From: an uncultured virus (IMG/VR IMGVR_UViG_3300015610_000939)
Lineage: Duplodnaviria > Heunggongvirae > Uroviricota > Caudoviricetes
IMG/VR virus record: IMGVR_UViG_3300015610_000939
DNA: 64,000 bases
Reading direction: 5' to 3' (one strand)
The translations under genes were made by a program, and so were the position numbers. This document shows, piece after piece, positions 9,929-20,956 of the stretch (position 1 is its first letter; each line of letters opens with the position of its first letter). The notes below the pieces were generated by a model, which worked only from the letters and a program-made list of their open reading frames with translations, made no database searches and was not told where the DNA came from.

Positions 9929-10195
9929 TTACTGAACCTTTCCGGTTCTAACAGCCGTCGCTACCTTTTGGACGAAGCCACCAAGCGACTTGTTGAACAT
10001 CGAGAGCATGGCAAAGTCCTGCTTACGCTGCATTGCCTTCACCAGAGCTCTCAGGGAGTCCACAAGTTGGTCAGCTTCCCTTACAGCTTGGTCAAGTCGA
10101 ACGTCCGCTTGGAGAGCCTTGTCCCCTTCGTCGTATTCCTTGAGAGCATTCGATACGCTCTCTTGGATGAGCTTGATCAGTTCTGATTTCTTCAT
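9929..10195 (-). CDS. Small hypothetical protein, possibly internal head protein
   Basis: N-terminus MKKSELIKLIQESVSNALKE. Confidence 0.6.
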   Translation of the reverse strand: MKKSELIKLIQESVSNALKEYDEGDKALQADVRLDQAVREADQLVDSLRALVKAMQRKQDFAMLSMFNKSLGGFVQKVATAVRTGKVQ

Positions 10196-10207
10196 TTTCT
10201 TTCAAGC

Positions 10208-11047
10208 TTAACTAGGTTTGGTCCATCCCTTGTATGAAGCCCATTTGCCATTTGCAACCTTGCACAGGCCAGAAGGTTGAAGTCCCCGTTCCAAGCAGAA
10301 AGCCTGCATGTTGGTGAAAGTCACCACTTCTCCTTCGGGGCTTCGAAGGGTATAGGTCTTCATCATCCGGGCTTTCAGCCGCTCAGATGCCTTCCGTTTG
10401 CGCTCAGAATCAGAGTCCCATGCTGCTTTACGAGACTCTGATTGCTTGGCTCTATACTCCTCATCCTGCCAAAGTGCCTTGGAGTGCTCTCCCACCTTCT
10501 GCTTGAACTCTTCACTCTGGTAGATGGTTTCAGCCCGTTGCCGGAACTCGGGATCAGTCCATTTGGCTTTAGCAGCTTTACTGAGCTTCTGACGGTACTC
10601 CTCTGTCTGAGTGAACTCTCGAATCTTCTCCTCGTGCTTGGCACGGTACTCGGGGTCCTGCCACAACTCCTTGGTTCGTTGAGATTGGGTTTTTCGGAGC
10701 TGTTGGATCGCTGCATCGTCAGGTGCAAAAGCATCTTTCCGATGGTTATAGCACTGCTCTTGTTTGTCGTGGTACTGGTCAATGTAGACCTGTTCCCGTA
10801 ACTTTCGTTCTTCTTGAGTGCCTTCAGTAAGCTCCAGAATGTGAAACTCGAATGCTTCAGCTCCGCACTTGTTGAAGTCGTTCTGGAGGTACTTGTTTGA
10901 GTGCTTACCAGACTTCAAGTGCCGAGCATGGGATTTCCAGCGGGATTTAAACTCCTTGGCACTGCCAATGTAGATGCGCCCATTCAAGGTGTTGAGAATC
11001 TTGTAAATCCCTGACTTGAGAGAGTTGCCTTCGTAGTTGAACTTCAT
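10208..11047 (-). CDS. GIY-YIG homing endonuclease
   Basis: GIYKI..YIGS..RW..H..H.N..LQ; repeated W.D.EYR helices in the C-terminus. Confidence 0.9.
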   Translation of the reverse strand: MKFNYEGNSLKSGIYKILNTLNGRIYIGSAKEFKSRWKSHARHLKSGKHSNKYLQNDFNKCGAEAFEFHILELTEGTQEERKLREQVYIDQYHDKQEQCYNHRKDAFAPDDAAIQQLRKTQSQRTKELWQDPEYRAKHEEKIREFTQTEEYRQKLSKAAKAKWTDPEFRQRAETIYQSEEFKQKVGEHSKALWQDEEYRAKQSESRKAAWDSDSERKRKASERLKARMMKTYTLRSPEGEVVTFTNMQAFCLERGLQPSGLCKVANGKWASYKGWTKPS

Positions 11048-11095
11048 GTGCTTGATGACTCCGAGGGGGAGTATAGCACAAAGAGGGGATGCCGT

Positions 11096-11362
11096 CTAAA
11101 TGGGCCAAGGTTTGCCAACAATTCTCTTGAAATCAGCGGCAGCCATGTTCTTGAGTCGCATCTTTTCAATCACGGACTCGATGGTTGCGTCAGGTTTCGC
11201 AACTTCCTCCTGGAAGGCTTTTGACGCCATTACCACGTCGGTGAGTGCCTTGATGTACTCGGGAGTTCCTTTGATCTTGATGGAGGATTTGCCACCTTGA
11301 AGTGCGGCAACCAAAGAAGCAAAGAAAAGCTTTCCTGTTGCTGAGAGTTTGTAGTCTGACAT
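11096..11362 (-). CDS. Hypothetical protein
   Basis: ORF MSDYKLSATG..PWPI, divergent from the tape measure gene. Confidence 0.6.
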   Translation of the reverse strand: MSDYKLSATGKLFFASLVAALQGGKSSIKIKGTPEYIKALTDVVMASKAFQEEVAKPDATIESVIEKMRLKNMAAADFKRIVGKPWPI

Positions 11363-11411
11363 GTTGCTTCCCACGGTTAGCCGAAAACATCCGGCGAATT
11401 GGACACGAGTC

Positions 11412-11417
11412 TAATTA
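11412..11417. promoter_or_regulatory. Palindromic TAATTA, putative bidirectional late promoter element
   Basis: Instance of the recurrent TAnTTA motif, lying between divergent genes 11362(-) and 11433(+). Confidence 0.45.
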
Positions 11418-11432
11418 TTCCCGAAGTAGCAG

Positions 11433-14400
11433 ATGGCTAACAACCTTGATATTCAACTTCAGCTCAACGAACTGATTGCTGAGCAGAACAAGCTCTTGGA
11501 GAGCTCCTCCAAGCTCCTCAAAGACCAAGTGTCTTTGACGCAAAACCTTGTTTCAGCAATGAAGTCGGCAAATTTCAAGGATGTTGCCTCAAGTGTCGAG
11601 GATACAACTCGGGCTGTTGAAGAAGCATCTCAGAAATCGAAGGACTTCGGTTCCACCAACCAAGATGTGTTCGACAAGGTGAACTCCTCCCTGAAAGAAG
11701 CCCTTGAGAAGGAGCAAGCTACAGGTAAGGGGATGGACACCCTCACCAAGCAAGTGAAGAGGTTCTCCGTAGCAGCCTCCTCGATTGACGGATTCATCCA
11801 GGGCTTGAAGTTCTCCTCCAACATGCTCAAGACAGCCGCCAGTGCAGGTCTTGGCTTGGTTGAGTCTCTTGGGCAAATTGGCATTGCCATCTTGTCTATT
11901 CCTTTCAAGATGTTGAAGGGGTTGATCACCATGGCGGACGCTGGTGGTGCGGATACTGCCTTGGCTCAGGCTTTGGAGGATATTCGAAAGGAATTCGGCT
12001 CTCTCAGGGAGACTTCCGGTCGTGCCATTGTTGACATGGCAAAGAACATGAAGGGGGAACTGGCCCAGACAGGACTCTCTGTCACCAGGATTTTTGGAAA
12101 CCTTGCAGAAAGGTTGAAATACCTTCAGGAGTATGCCCATAACCTTGGGCCGCTCTTTGCCAACCTCTCCAAGCAGTTCGTTCAGAATGCCGAGTCCATT
12201 GGAGCCTACTACAAGGGCCTTGGTCTAACAGATGAGGCTCAAAAGGCGGTTGCAACACGGTCTCATGCCCTTGGAACAGCCGTAACTGAAGAACTTCGAC
12301 AGATCACCAACTATTCCACGCAACTAAGCAAGGCGTTTGGGGGAACAGCAGGCTCAGCCAAGGAGATTTCCAGAGACATGGGAACCTTGATGGCCGACTT
12401 CAAGCACTTTGGTGGAATTGCGATCAAGGAAATCGGTCAAGCTGTGACCTACTTCCGCCGTTTGGGCGTTGAAGTTTCCAAGGTCATGGGTGTCATTGAG
12501 AAGTACGACAACTTCACGGATGCCGCAGAGGGTGCAGCTCAACTCTCCCAGGCATTCGGGCTGAATGTTGACGCCCTTGAGATGATGAAGGCTCAGAACC
12601 CTGCTGAAAGGGTCGAGCAGTTGAGGAAAGCATTCTTCCAGGCAGGCAGGTCGGTTGAGACAATGACCCGCCAGGAAAGGACCTTGCTGGCCCAGCAAAC
12701 TGGCCTTGAGGACTCCGCTCTTGACCTTGTGTTCTCCATGAAGAACCAGGGCATGACTTACGACCAAGTCACCAAGAAAGCCGATGCTGCAAAGAAGTCT
12801 CAATTGACTCAGACGCAGGCAATGAAGGCTTTGGCGGATTCCATCGAAAGGTTGGTAAAGTCGGGGTCCTTTGGTAAGGGTGGATTCTTCGATAGGTTCA
12901 TCCAGGGCTTCACGGTTGGTATTCAGCGTTCCAGCGAGTTCAGGAAGATCATGCGGGAGCTCAGGATTGACCTGAGAACTGCATATTACGAAGGAATCAA
13001 GGTTGGTAGAGCCTTCGTCGACATGTTCCCTGGAGTAAAGGATGTCTTCAAGGGAATTGGAGACCTCTTTGAGCCGCGCAAGTTCAGAGCCATGTTCTCA
13101 AGAATCACGGAGACCTTCAAGGTCTTCTTCAAGGACATGACCGACAATCCAAAGACAGCTCTCCCAAAGCTACTGGAGCATCTCAAGGACGACTTCTTTA
13201 GCTGGTTTGGCAACAACTCGCCGAACAGTCAACGTATTCTTGATGGGTTCAAGAAGTTCTTCGTTGCCCTCTCCAACATTGCCGGTGGAATGCTCAAGAT
13301 CGCCATGACAACCCTTACCAAGGGGCTGCGAGAGGTAACCGACATTATCACTGGACGCAAGGGACTTGGCGGAGCTGGTGATGCTGCAAGTGGAGCCCAG
13401 AGCTTCGTTGCTCAACTCCTTGGTCCAATTGTCGATGCGATCAAGGAAGCAGGTCCGGGACTCTGGAATGCAACCAAGGAGATGTTCTCTGCCCTCTGGG
13501 TCAAAGTTGAACCCTGGGTGGAGGAGAACTTCATGAAGGTGATTGGGGCTCTTGCGTCTCCGGCATTTGTTGGAATGGCCGGAAGAGCTATCTCCACGAG
13601 CATTGCAGGATCCTTCGCTACAGGACTCAAGGATTGGGCTCTGAGCGGTGGCATTTCAAAGGCTTTCAACTCCGTCAAGGGAATGTTCGCAACCCAGGTC
13701 AGTGCAGCTTCCCAGGCAATGTCCAAGCTTCCAATTCCACCAGCCTTTTCGCTGGGCGCGCGCGACGGAGCAGCCGCAGGCGTAATCAAGGGTGCAGAGC
13801 AAGCTGCAACAGCCGCTTCCACCTCAAAGGTAAACTGGGGTGCAGCTCTGGTGAAGATGGCAGCAATCACCCTCTTCATCACCGTTGGTATGGTCGGAAT
13901 CATGCATGCTATCCTCCACTTCGCCAAGGCAATGCAGGAGAACAAACTAACTACCCAATCCATCGCAGCAGCAGCCGGTGCGATGATCACCACAGCCACC
14001 TCGATGTTGGCAATTGCCGGGGCTGTGAAGCTTCTCAGCGCCATCAACCTGAATGCTGGCATGGTTGTTAAGATCGCCTTTGGTGTGGCAATGATCGGCG
14101 TTGTGGGAGCTGCAATGGCCTATGCAACGGTTGGGTTGATCGAGCTCTTTGGCGACATCGAGACCTCCAAGATCACCAAGAGCGTCTTGGTGATGGGAGC
14201 CATGGGAACCTTCTTCCTTGCAGCCTCCGCTGTGGTGGCAATTGCTGGGGTTATTGGTTTGGTTGCAACAGCCGGTGGTGGTGTGGGTGCTCTGGTGATC
14301 ACTGCGGGATTGGCAATGATTGCTGCAAGCATCGCGGTCATGACCGTCCAGGGAATGGAGATCATGAAAGCAATCGACAAATTCCGTCCAGGGCCAGGAT

Positions 14401-16100
14401 TTGCGGACAAAGCTAAAATCTTCGTCGAGGTGATGAAGGGTATTGGGCAATTTACTGCAAATGTTGCTGCGATGATTGCAGCGACCACGCCAAGCTTTTT
14501 CGAGTTCATCCGAGGTTCGGGGGCAGAGAGACAAAGAGAGACTCTGAAGCAAGTCGAGAACTTGATTAACGCCCTGGGTGGTCAGATTGTTCGAATTGTC
14601 GATGCCATCAGGACGAACGTCCAGAGTTTGACAGGTAGCGAGCAACAGATGAAGTCTGCCCAGATCATCGGAGACCTTCTTTCCGGTGTTTCCGGCTTGG
14701 CAAATGCCCTAAAACCACCTTCTGAAGCCATTAACGAGCCTAGCTTCCTGCAAGGTTTGGAAGGCGACAGTGTTGCACGTCGCATTAGCTTGATGACTGA
14801 CTACGTTAATGAGGTTGGCAACAAGCTCAGCCAGTTTGTGAGGACAGTGGTTGCTACGGTGACCACAGAGCTCCCAAGTGGCTTTACCGAAGCACAGGCA
14901 AAGGCCGCTCAGGTAATTCCAAGCATCCTTGCTGGAGTTGGAGACATGGCACAAGCTTTGCGTCCAAGTGCTTCCCTCTTGGCTGAGATGAACCGAGGAG
15001 CTCAATTTCACGGTGTAGTGCAGCACATGAGCGCATTCATCCGGGACACAATGCGAACGATTACTGGCAGCGATCTTTTTGTGAAGATTGGCGACCTGCT
15101 CAAGTCAGTCGCATCGAGTGTTGAAAACCTGAATCCAGAGCAAGTGAAAGCTTTGCAGGCAATTGCACCAGCAATCGGTCCAATCTTTACTGTTATTGGG
15201 TCGATTGGGTCCATTATTGCCGGACTTGCACGAGGACAAGGCGGGGGTGATACTGGATTGGCTGCAAGAACAACTCCAGCCGATGCCGGAACCATCTTCC
15301 AGATGACCGAGTTGGTTAACACCTTCTTTACCAGGGTGAAGGATGACCTCCCTATTTTGGTGAAAAATATGCGTTCTGCTTTCGCTGGAATCTCCGCAAA
15401 GGAAGCCTCCAGTCTTACAAGGGGAATGCGGGCAATGCAGAGCTTGTTCCAAGTTGTTTCTGAGATCCCAAGATTCATCCAGTCGTTCAAAGGCTCGGCG
15501 GGCGACCAGGGTGTTGGGCAGATGACAACCTTGCCAGATATCACCCATACGATGAACCTTCTCTTGCTCACCTTGACTGGAGGAGAAGGTAGCAAGGGTT
15601 TGATTTCAATTCTTCAGACAATCATCCCACAGCTTAAATCCGTTGGCGCTGTTATTGGCAATCCGGCAGCATTCTCAGCCAAGTTGGATTCAATGCGAGC
15701 TGTGTTCAACACGCTTAGCCAGATTCCGGCGATGATCCAATCCATTTCCAGGGTGGAGAACATCGCTACAGTGACTTCTAATGTCGCCGACCAAATTGAG
15801 AGGGTTCAGTTTGCTCGAATTGCCACAGTTGTCACCGATATGGTTGCTCATGTGAACCAGCTCTCAGCGACTATCCGTGGAATCAGGCCAATTGAGATCG
15901 AACAAAGCTTGCAACACCTGGGGGACTCGATTGGCCTTGGTTCCCGGGGCGAGTACACTATCCAGAATAGGAACTTCACGGTTAACGTCAACGTCACGAT
16001 CAAGTTGGACAACAACGGTCTTGATGCACTTGAACTTGGAATGCTTCGCCGTGTGGGTCCTCACCGAACACGCATCGACCACGGCTCGCTTGAGAGGTAA
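11433..16100 (+). CDS. Tail tape measure protein
   Basis: 1555 aa, Ala/Gly-rich and helical with a hydrophobic middle; lies between chaperone and baseplate genes. Confidence 0.85.
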   Translation: MANNLDIQLQLNELIAEQNKLLESSSKLLKDQVSLTQNLVSAMKSANFKDVASSVEDTTRAVEEASQKSKDFGSTNQDVFDKVNSSLKEALEKEQATGKGMDTLTKQVKRFSVAASSIDGFIQGLKFSSNMLKTAASAGLGLVESLGQIGIAILSIPFKMLKGLITMADAGGADTALAQALEDIRKEFGSLRETSGRAIVDMAKNMKGELAQTGLSVTRIFGNLAERLKYLQEYAHNLGPLFANLSKQFVQNAESIGAYYKGLGLTDEAQKAVATRSHALGTAVTEELRQITNYSTQLSKAFGGTAGSAKEISRDMGTLMADFKHFGGIAIKEIGQAVTYFRRLGVEVSKVMGVIEKYDNFTDAAEGAAQLSQAFGLNVDALEMMKAQNPAERVEQLRKAFFQAGRSVETMTRQERTLLAQQTGLEDSALDLVFSMKNQGMTYDQVTKKADAAKKSQLTQTQAMKALADSIERLVKSGSFGKGGFFDRFIQGFTVGIQRSSEFRKIMRELRIDLRTAYYEGIKVGRAFVDMFPGVKDVFKGIGDLFEPRKFRAMFSRITETFKVFFKDMTDNPKTALPKLLEHLKDDFFSWFGNNSPNSQRILDGFKKFFVALSNIAGGMLKIAMTTLTKGLREVTDIITGRKGLGGAGDAASGAQSFVAQLLGPIVDAIKEAGPGLWNATKEMFSALWVKVEPWVEENFMKVIGALASPAFVGMAGRAISTSIAGSFATGLKDWALSGGISKAFNSVKGMFATQVSAASQAMSKLPIPPAFSLGARDGAAAGVIKGAEQAATAASTSKVNWGAALVKMAAITLFITVGMVGIMHAILHFAKAMQENKLTTQSIAAAAGAMITTATSMLAIAGAVKLLSAINLNAGMVVKIAFGVAMIGVVGAAMAYATVGLIELFGDIETSKITKSVLVMGAMGTFFLAASAVVAIAGVIGLVATAGGGVGALVITAGLAMIAASIAVMTVQGMEIMKAIDKFRPGPGFADKAKIFVEVMKGIGQFTANVAAMIAATTPSFFEFIRGSGAERQRETLKQVENLINALGGQIVRIVDAIRTNVQSLTGSEQQMKSAQIIGDLLSGVSGLANALKPPSEAINEPSFLQGLEGDSVARRISLMTDYVNEVGNKLSQFVRTVVATVTTELPSGFTEAQAKAAQVIPSILAGVGDMAQALRPSASLLAEMNRGAQFHGVVQHMSAFIRDTMRTITGSDLFVKIGDLLKSVASSVENLNPEQVKALQAIAPAIGPIFTVIGSIGSIIAGLARGQGGGDTGLAARTTPADAGTIFQMTELVNTFFTRVKDDLPILVKNMRSAFAGISAKEASSLTRGMRAMQSLFQVVSEIPRFIQSFKGSAGDQGVGQMTTLPDITHTMNLLLLTLTGGEGSKGLISILQTIIPQLKSVGAVIGNPAAFSAKLDSMRAVFNTLSQIPAMIQSISRVENIATVTSNVADQIERVQFARIATVVTDMVAHVNQLSATIRGIRPIEIEQSLQHLGDSIGLGSRGEYTIQNRNFTVNVNVTIKLDNNGLDALELGMLRRVGPHRTRIDHGSLER

Positions 16101-16102
16101 CC

Positions 16103-16279
16103 ATGGCAGATAGTAATATCATGGAATCCAAGGAGTTTCAAGAGCTCCTTGCGATGATTCCAGAGGACGAGAGAGCAAGGGTTTTGGAGGGCTTGGCAAA
16201 TCTTCAGAAGGAATTCACGGAAAAGGTTCTCAAACCGATTGAAACCGCTGTGAATATGCAAAAACCCAAGAGCGAATAG
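16103..16279 (+). CDS. Small hypothetical protein (58 aa, not in ORF track)
   Basis: MADSNIMESKEFQELLAMIPEDER..; fills the gap between tape measure and next gene. Confidence 0.6.
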   Translation: MADSNIMESKEFQELLAMIPEDERARVLEGLANLQKEFTEKVLKPIETAVNMQKPKSE

Positions 16280-16287
16280 TTACTGGC

Positions 16288-19200
16288 ATGTCCAGAACTT
16301 CACGCCGTCTTGGGGACCTCATGCAAACTTTGGAGGAGAACAGAATTGTTCCCTACCTGGAGAATACTGGTCCCAACAACACTGTTCAAATCGACAAGGA
16401 TGACATCCGTCCAGATGTTCTTCGTCGAATGGTTGAGTACGGCGTAAACGTCACCAACGAAACAATCAACCAATTCCCCTTGAGCACAACCCAAGGGAAG
16501 TTCTCTCTCCAGGACGACCTGGGTAACCCAGCTCCATTGACAGACCCAGGAGCTAACGGGCAGGAACACTTCACCAAGGGGCTCCATGAGACTGGTCCTG
16601 ATGGGAAGTCTGCTGAGGTGGAGTTCAACAAGCTCTCCGAGAGCGGATTCTTGGATACTGATAGCAGTTCTGGCAAGTTCCGTATCAAGAAGGGCAAGAG
16701 TTCTTCAATTGATCCAAGCGCCACAGACATTTTCAAGGAAGTCAACGACCAAGGTGAGCAATCTAGCTTTGTGAAGCGTGTCAGGGAAGTACAATTCCAA
16801 AACAATCGCTTTACGCTTGGCAAAACCTTCATTCCGCGCTCCGGTTTGGAAATGAACGAAGGCTTGTCCGTGGAAACTCCAGGTTCCAGCGGTGCTGGTG
16901 CTGTGAGGGAAGAGGAAAGCAACCTGGGAATCGGGTACGCCCAGCAAGAGTTTGGAAAGTACGGACCAAAGAAGTTCCCAACTCCTCACGGGGACACGGC
17001 TGTTCTCGTCAAACTCAGGGATTTGAAGAAGATCGGTGTCCTCACAATGCTCCAGGCTTCCGGGGAATACTACATTCCAACGGACCCAGAGAACATTGCG
17101 CAAGAGTTGGCAGCAAGAGGCGCTTCCACAGCTCCAGGTCTTGCTCGAATGGGGCAGAAGATCGACATTAGCAGGATCAGCCCAACGAAGATCATGAAGG
17201 ACGTAAACCCGGACTTCACGAAGCCTTCCTTGGAGGACAACATCATCCGTGATCCTGTAATGTCCTACGGTAGCGTGAACAACTGGCTCGCCCCATTTGC
17301 TGGTCTCACAAGCACAGCTTCCGTTGCCTCCGCTGCTCTCTTGGCTTTGACTGTTGGTGGGTTGATCAAGAGTGCAGCAGCAATCATTTCTGCACGCCGT
17401 CCAACCGTGGAATCGAACCTTGGAGGAAATCCTTCGAGAGGAGACCGCAGGAAGAGGCTTGGTTCCTTTCTTGGAAAGGCATCGGAGCTTGACGCTTACC
17501 GGAATACGGAGTTTGAGATCCAGATTGCCCAGACCTCGCACGATTACTTTCTTTGTGTATCCAAGGGCGTTGACGTGTTCTTTGGTCTTTCCTCGGCAAC
17601 CAATGCTACATCGAAGCTTGCAAAGAACCACGGTTACTACAACACGATCATGCGCACCATCGTGCGTTCCACCACAGACTTCCTTTTGGCAGCAGCCGGT
17701 GGAATGGTGAATACCAATGAAGCCGATAGGCCAAGGAACGTCAACGATGTTACCCTCCTTGGAAACCCACTTGGCTCGATCGAGCTCATCCAAAAGCTGA
17801 ACAACTCCCTTCTCCTGAAGTTTTGCAATATTCTTGCCACAATTGGCGATATTGCCATGAACCACGCTGATGCAGGATTTGCTCTGGATGAGAACGGCGA
17901 GGTGATTGAGTTCATCTCCGACGTGGACAAGATCGTTGTTGACGGACAGCTTGGACCAAGGGGAGAGGGTGCTCTCAACCCAGCAGCCCTTCAGTCAGCT
18001 AACCGTCTTCCTGGACCTTACAGGAATGCCTTGGCTTGGGGTTCTCAGACCTCCAAGTCGATGTACCTCATTCCAAACAGCATCTTCAGGGCAGAAGCAG
18101 CTTTCCTTGGATCAACGGACCAGTCAAGGAACCCAACAGAGGCCCTTGGGGCTTCATTGTCCAAGAACAATCTGAGCATTGTCAAGGGACCAAGTGATGT
18201 TACCGGGAATAGAATCTCAGCGGAGGATGTGAAGCTTCTTGAGGAGTACCTGGAAGCCGATTACATGCCGTTCTATTTCCACGATGTAAGGACGAATGAA
18301 ATCCTTACCTTCCACGCCTTCATGGAAAGCATGAGCGACTCCTTCGAGCCGGAGTACACCGACGTTGACGGTTATGGTCGAATTGGAAAGGCTATGATCT
18401 ACAAGAACACCCAAAGAAGGATTTCTTTGGAGTTCCGCGTGGTTGCTACATCCGAGGATGACTTTGACTCCATGTGGTACAAGGTGAACAGGTTGATCAT
18501 GATGGTCTACCCGCAGTACACCCAAGGTAGGCAGGTTGGTACAACGAACAACAAGTTCATTCAACCATTCTCCCAACTTCCTGGCGCTTCTCCATTGGTT
18601 CGACTTCGCCTTGGTGATGTTTGGAAGAGCAACTACACTCGTTTTGGTGCTGCACGTCTCTTTGGCGTTGGTTCTAACCAGTTCTCCATTCAGGGACAAA
18701 ACACTACGATTACCTACAATGCCTCCCTTCTCCGCAACCGTGAACAAGTCACCGAGCGCATGTCTCGCAGAGGAGAATACCAAGTTGGGGAGTATGCTAT
18801 CCTTACCCCATTGCCAACGCAGAGAAGCCGAGGAGCGGGCAACAGGAACCTTGGCTACCCTCGCCTTAGAAACCTCACCAGTTCCCCTGGGCAGCCTTCA
18901 CAGGTCCAGAGAACGGGTGCTGGAGGACGTGCGGGTGCAGGCGTCAACGCCTTTGTTTCGGTCACCAATTCGGATTCAGCCGGTGGCAGGACTGTAAGCC
19001 CACGGGCATCTCCAGCAGGAGCTCCATTGGTAATCTCCCAGGAAGTGAAGGTTCGAATTGTCGGATCAACAACCTCCACAAGCAATCCATCCCTGAAGCT
19101 CTATACCTTCTCCGTGCCAAATGGAACAGCGGGACAAGATGGTATTTTCGGCTGTTCTCAGTACGACCTCAGACCAGATCCAGCAGAGATTACAAGGATC

Positions 19201-19683
19201 GCCTACAACCAATCCTCCCAGGAGAATCTCCCTGACACCAACACCAACACCCAAGGTGTGGTCTCCGACTTCTTCAACCCAAATGGAGATAACGGAAACT
19301 CTGTTATCAAAGCTTTTGAGAGCACCAAGGGCAAGGGATTGGCTGGATTCATCAAGAACCTCCGCATGGACTGGAGCGACTCAAGGTGGGAAACAGGAAG
19401 GCACAATTCCCGTGCTCCAATGATGGTAAAAGTCTCCATGGACTTTGAACCAATTCACGACATCAACCCAGGTCTCGATTCGGATGGCTTCATGACAGCT
19501 CCGGTCTACAACATCGGTAACACCATGAAGACGTGGGTCAATGGAATGCCAGAAGACAAGCATCAAGTTGACAGAGAAGAGACCATCATGAAGAGAGCTC
19601 AACAGCTTACCTTCCCTCGTTCCTCCAACGGTGTCGGTGTTGGAAATGGTGCGGGTGGTGGTGGAGTAGGAAATAACAGATGA
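16288..19683 (+). CDS. Baseplate / tail-tube-initiator-like protein
   Basis: Tube-fold segment MPFYFHDVRT..FHAFMESMSDSF..GYGR..IYKNTQRRISLEF..SPLVRLRLGD; position in module. Confidence 0.65.
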   Translation: MSRTSRRLGDLMQTLEENRIVPYLENTGPNNTVQIDKDDIRPDVLRRMVEYGVNVTNETINQFPLSTTQGKFSLQDDLGNPAPLTDPGANGQEHFTKGLHETGPDGKSAEVEFNKLSESGFLDTDSSSGKFRIKKGKSSSIDPSATDIFKEVNDQGEQSSFVKRVREVQFQNNRFTLGKTFIPRSGLEMNEGLSVETPGSSGAGAVREEESNLGIGYAQQEFGKYGPKKFPTPHGDTAVLVKLRDLKKIGVLTMLQASGEYYIPTDPENIAQELAARGASTAPGLARMGQKIDISRISPTKIMKDVNPDFTKPSLEDNIIRDPVMSYGSVNNWLAPFAGLTSTASVASAALLALTVGGLIKSAAAIISARRPTVESNLGGNPSRGDRRKRLGSFLGKASELDAYRNTEFEIQIAQTSHDYFLCVSKGVDVFFGLSSATNATSKLAKNHGYYNTIMRTIVRSTTDFLLAAAGGMVNTNEADRPRNVNDVTLLGNPLGSIELIQKLNNSLLLKFCNILATIGDIAMNHADAGFALDENGEVIEFISDVDKIVVDGQLGPRGEGALNPAALQSANRLPGPYRNALAWGSQTSKSMYLIPNSIFRAEAAFLGSTDQSRNPTEALGASLSKNNLSIVKGPSDVTGNRISAEDVKLLEEYLEADYMPFYFHDVRTNEILTFHAFMESMSDSFEPEYTDVDGYGRIGKAMIYKNTQRRISLEFRVVATSEDDFDSMWYKVNRLIMMVYPQYTQGRQVGTTNNKFIQPFSQLPGASPLVRLRLGDVWKSNYTRFGAARLFGVGSNQFSIQGQNTTITYNASLLRNREQVTERMSRRGEYQVGEYAILTPLPTQRSRGAGNRNLGYPRLRNLTSSPGQPSQVQRTGAGGRAGAGVNAFVSVTNSDSAGGRTVSPRASPAGAPLVISQEVKVRIVGSTTSTSNPSLKLYTFSVPNGTAGQDGIFGCSQYDLRPDPAEITRIAYNQSSQENLPDTNTNTQGVVSDFFNPNGDNGNSVIKAFESTKGKGLAGFIKNLRMDWSDSRWETGRHNSRAPMMVKVSMDFEPIHDINPGLDSDGFMTAPVYNIGNTMKTWVNGMPEDKHQVDREETIMKRAQQLTFPRSSNGVGVGNGAGGGGVGNNR

Positions 19684-19967
19684 AGCGCTACGGTAGAACC
19701 CCGACCATCGGCATTGGATACCGCTATGGCACCTCCTTTGCCCTCCCGGTCATTCGAGAAAACATGGTAGCCGGGAACATTCGCTTCCAGCAACTCACCC
19801 TCCAGGAGAGCAACCGCTTGGATATTCTCGCTGGAATGTACTACGGGGATGGAAGACTCTGGTGGGTAATCGCAGCGGCTTCTGACATTGGGTGGGCCCT
19901 TCAAGTCCCTGTTGGAACCATCATCAAGATTCCCGACCTTGCCGACGTTTCGCGTTATGTAGGATAG
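19680..19967 (+). CDS. LysM-like baseplate wedge protein (gp53/tail X-like)
   Basis: RLDILAGMYYGDGRLWWVIAAAS..GTIIKIP. Confidence 0.85.
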   Translation: MKRYGRTPTIGIGYRYGTSFALPVIRENMVAGNIRFQQLTLQESNRLDILAGMYYGDGRLWWVIAAASDIGWALQVPVGTIIKIPDLADVSRYVG

Positions 19968-20000
19968 CTAAAACATGTCTTCAATCTTATACTCACTCGC

Positions 20001-20939
20001 ATGAAGTTGAACTATGAAGGCAATTCGCTCAAAGGTGGCATCTACAAGATTGTCAACTGCCACAACGGTCGAATCTACATTGGGTCTACATCTCGATTTC
20101 AAACTCGATGGTGGAATGGACACGCTAAATCCTTGCTAAAAGGTAAGCACCAAAACCGCTTTCTTCAAGCCGATTTCAACAAGTGTCGAGCAGAACTTGG
20201 GCACGATGACTTTTTGGAATTCTCCATTCTGGAGATAATGGAGAAGTCGACCAAGGAAGAAAGGAAGCAGCGCGAACAGAAGTGGCTCGATCAGTATTTC
20301 GACAATGGCAATCAGTGCTACAACCTAAAAGCCTTGGCAGTTGTATCTCGGGAAGCCGTTCCCTCTAAAGACCCCAATGTAACACGAGAACGCATTTCCA
20401 TGCGCTCAAAAAAAATGTGGGCTTCGGTTTCTTCGGAAGAGAAAGAACGACGGATGCAGCTCTTCCAAGCTGGTAAAAACGAAGAATGGAAGGCCAAGAT
20501 TAGTGAATCCCTTACGGGTCGAAAATTGTCCCCCGAGCATGTTGAATCACTTAAAGCAGTAGCTCTCAGGGGCTCGGAACATGCGCGATATGGAATACCA
20601 AACAATTGGGGTACACATACCCCGGAAGCCATTGAGAAAATCAGAAAAGCTAGCACAGGCAGAAAACCAGCAGCAGAGTCTTTGGCGAAACGATCAGGCG
20701 CCAACCATTGGACAACAAGAAGAGAGTTTTCCAAGGAAGCAAAAGAGAAAATGAGTAAATCTCATGCTGACAGCATGAGAGCTGTACAAGCAACCAAAAT
20801 TCAAACGGGCGAAAAGATTCAATTTCAAGGAATTGGGGAGGCAGCTCGTGTTTTGAGTCTTCATAAGAGCGGAGTGCAAAATGTCCTAAAAGGGAAGTGT
20901 GCTCAAACTAAAGGTTGGTATTTCGAGTACCTATTATGA
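20001..20939 (+). CDS. GIY-YIG homing endonuclease with NUMOD-like repeats
   Basis: GIYKI..IYIGS; KISESLTGRKLSPEH and HTPEAIEKIR repeats; C-terminal HTH-like segment. Confidence 0.9.
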   Translation: MKLNYEGNSLKGGIYKIVNCHNGRIYIGSTSRFQTRWWNGHAKSLLKGKHQNRFLQADFNKCRAELGHDDFLEFSILEIMEKSTKEERKQREQKWLDQYFDNGNQCYNLKALAVVSREAVPSKDPNVTRERISMRSKKMWASVSSEEKERRMQLFQAGKNEEWKAKISESLTGRKLSPEHVESLKAVALRGSEHARYGIPNNWGTHTPEAIEKIRKASTGRKPAAESLAKRSGANHWTTRREFSKEAKEKMSKSHADSMRAVQATKIQTGEKIQFQGIGEAARVLSLHKSGVQNVLKGKCAQTKGWYFEYLL

Positions 20940-20956
20940 GAGAGTAGTAAAGATCC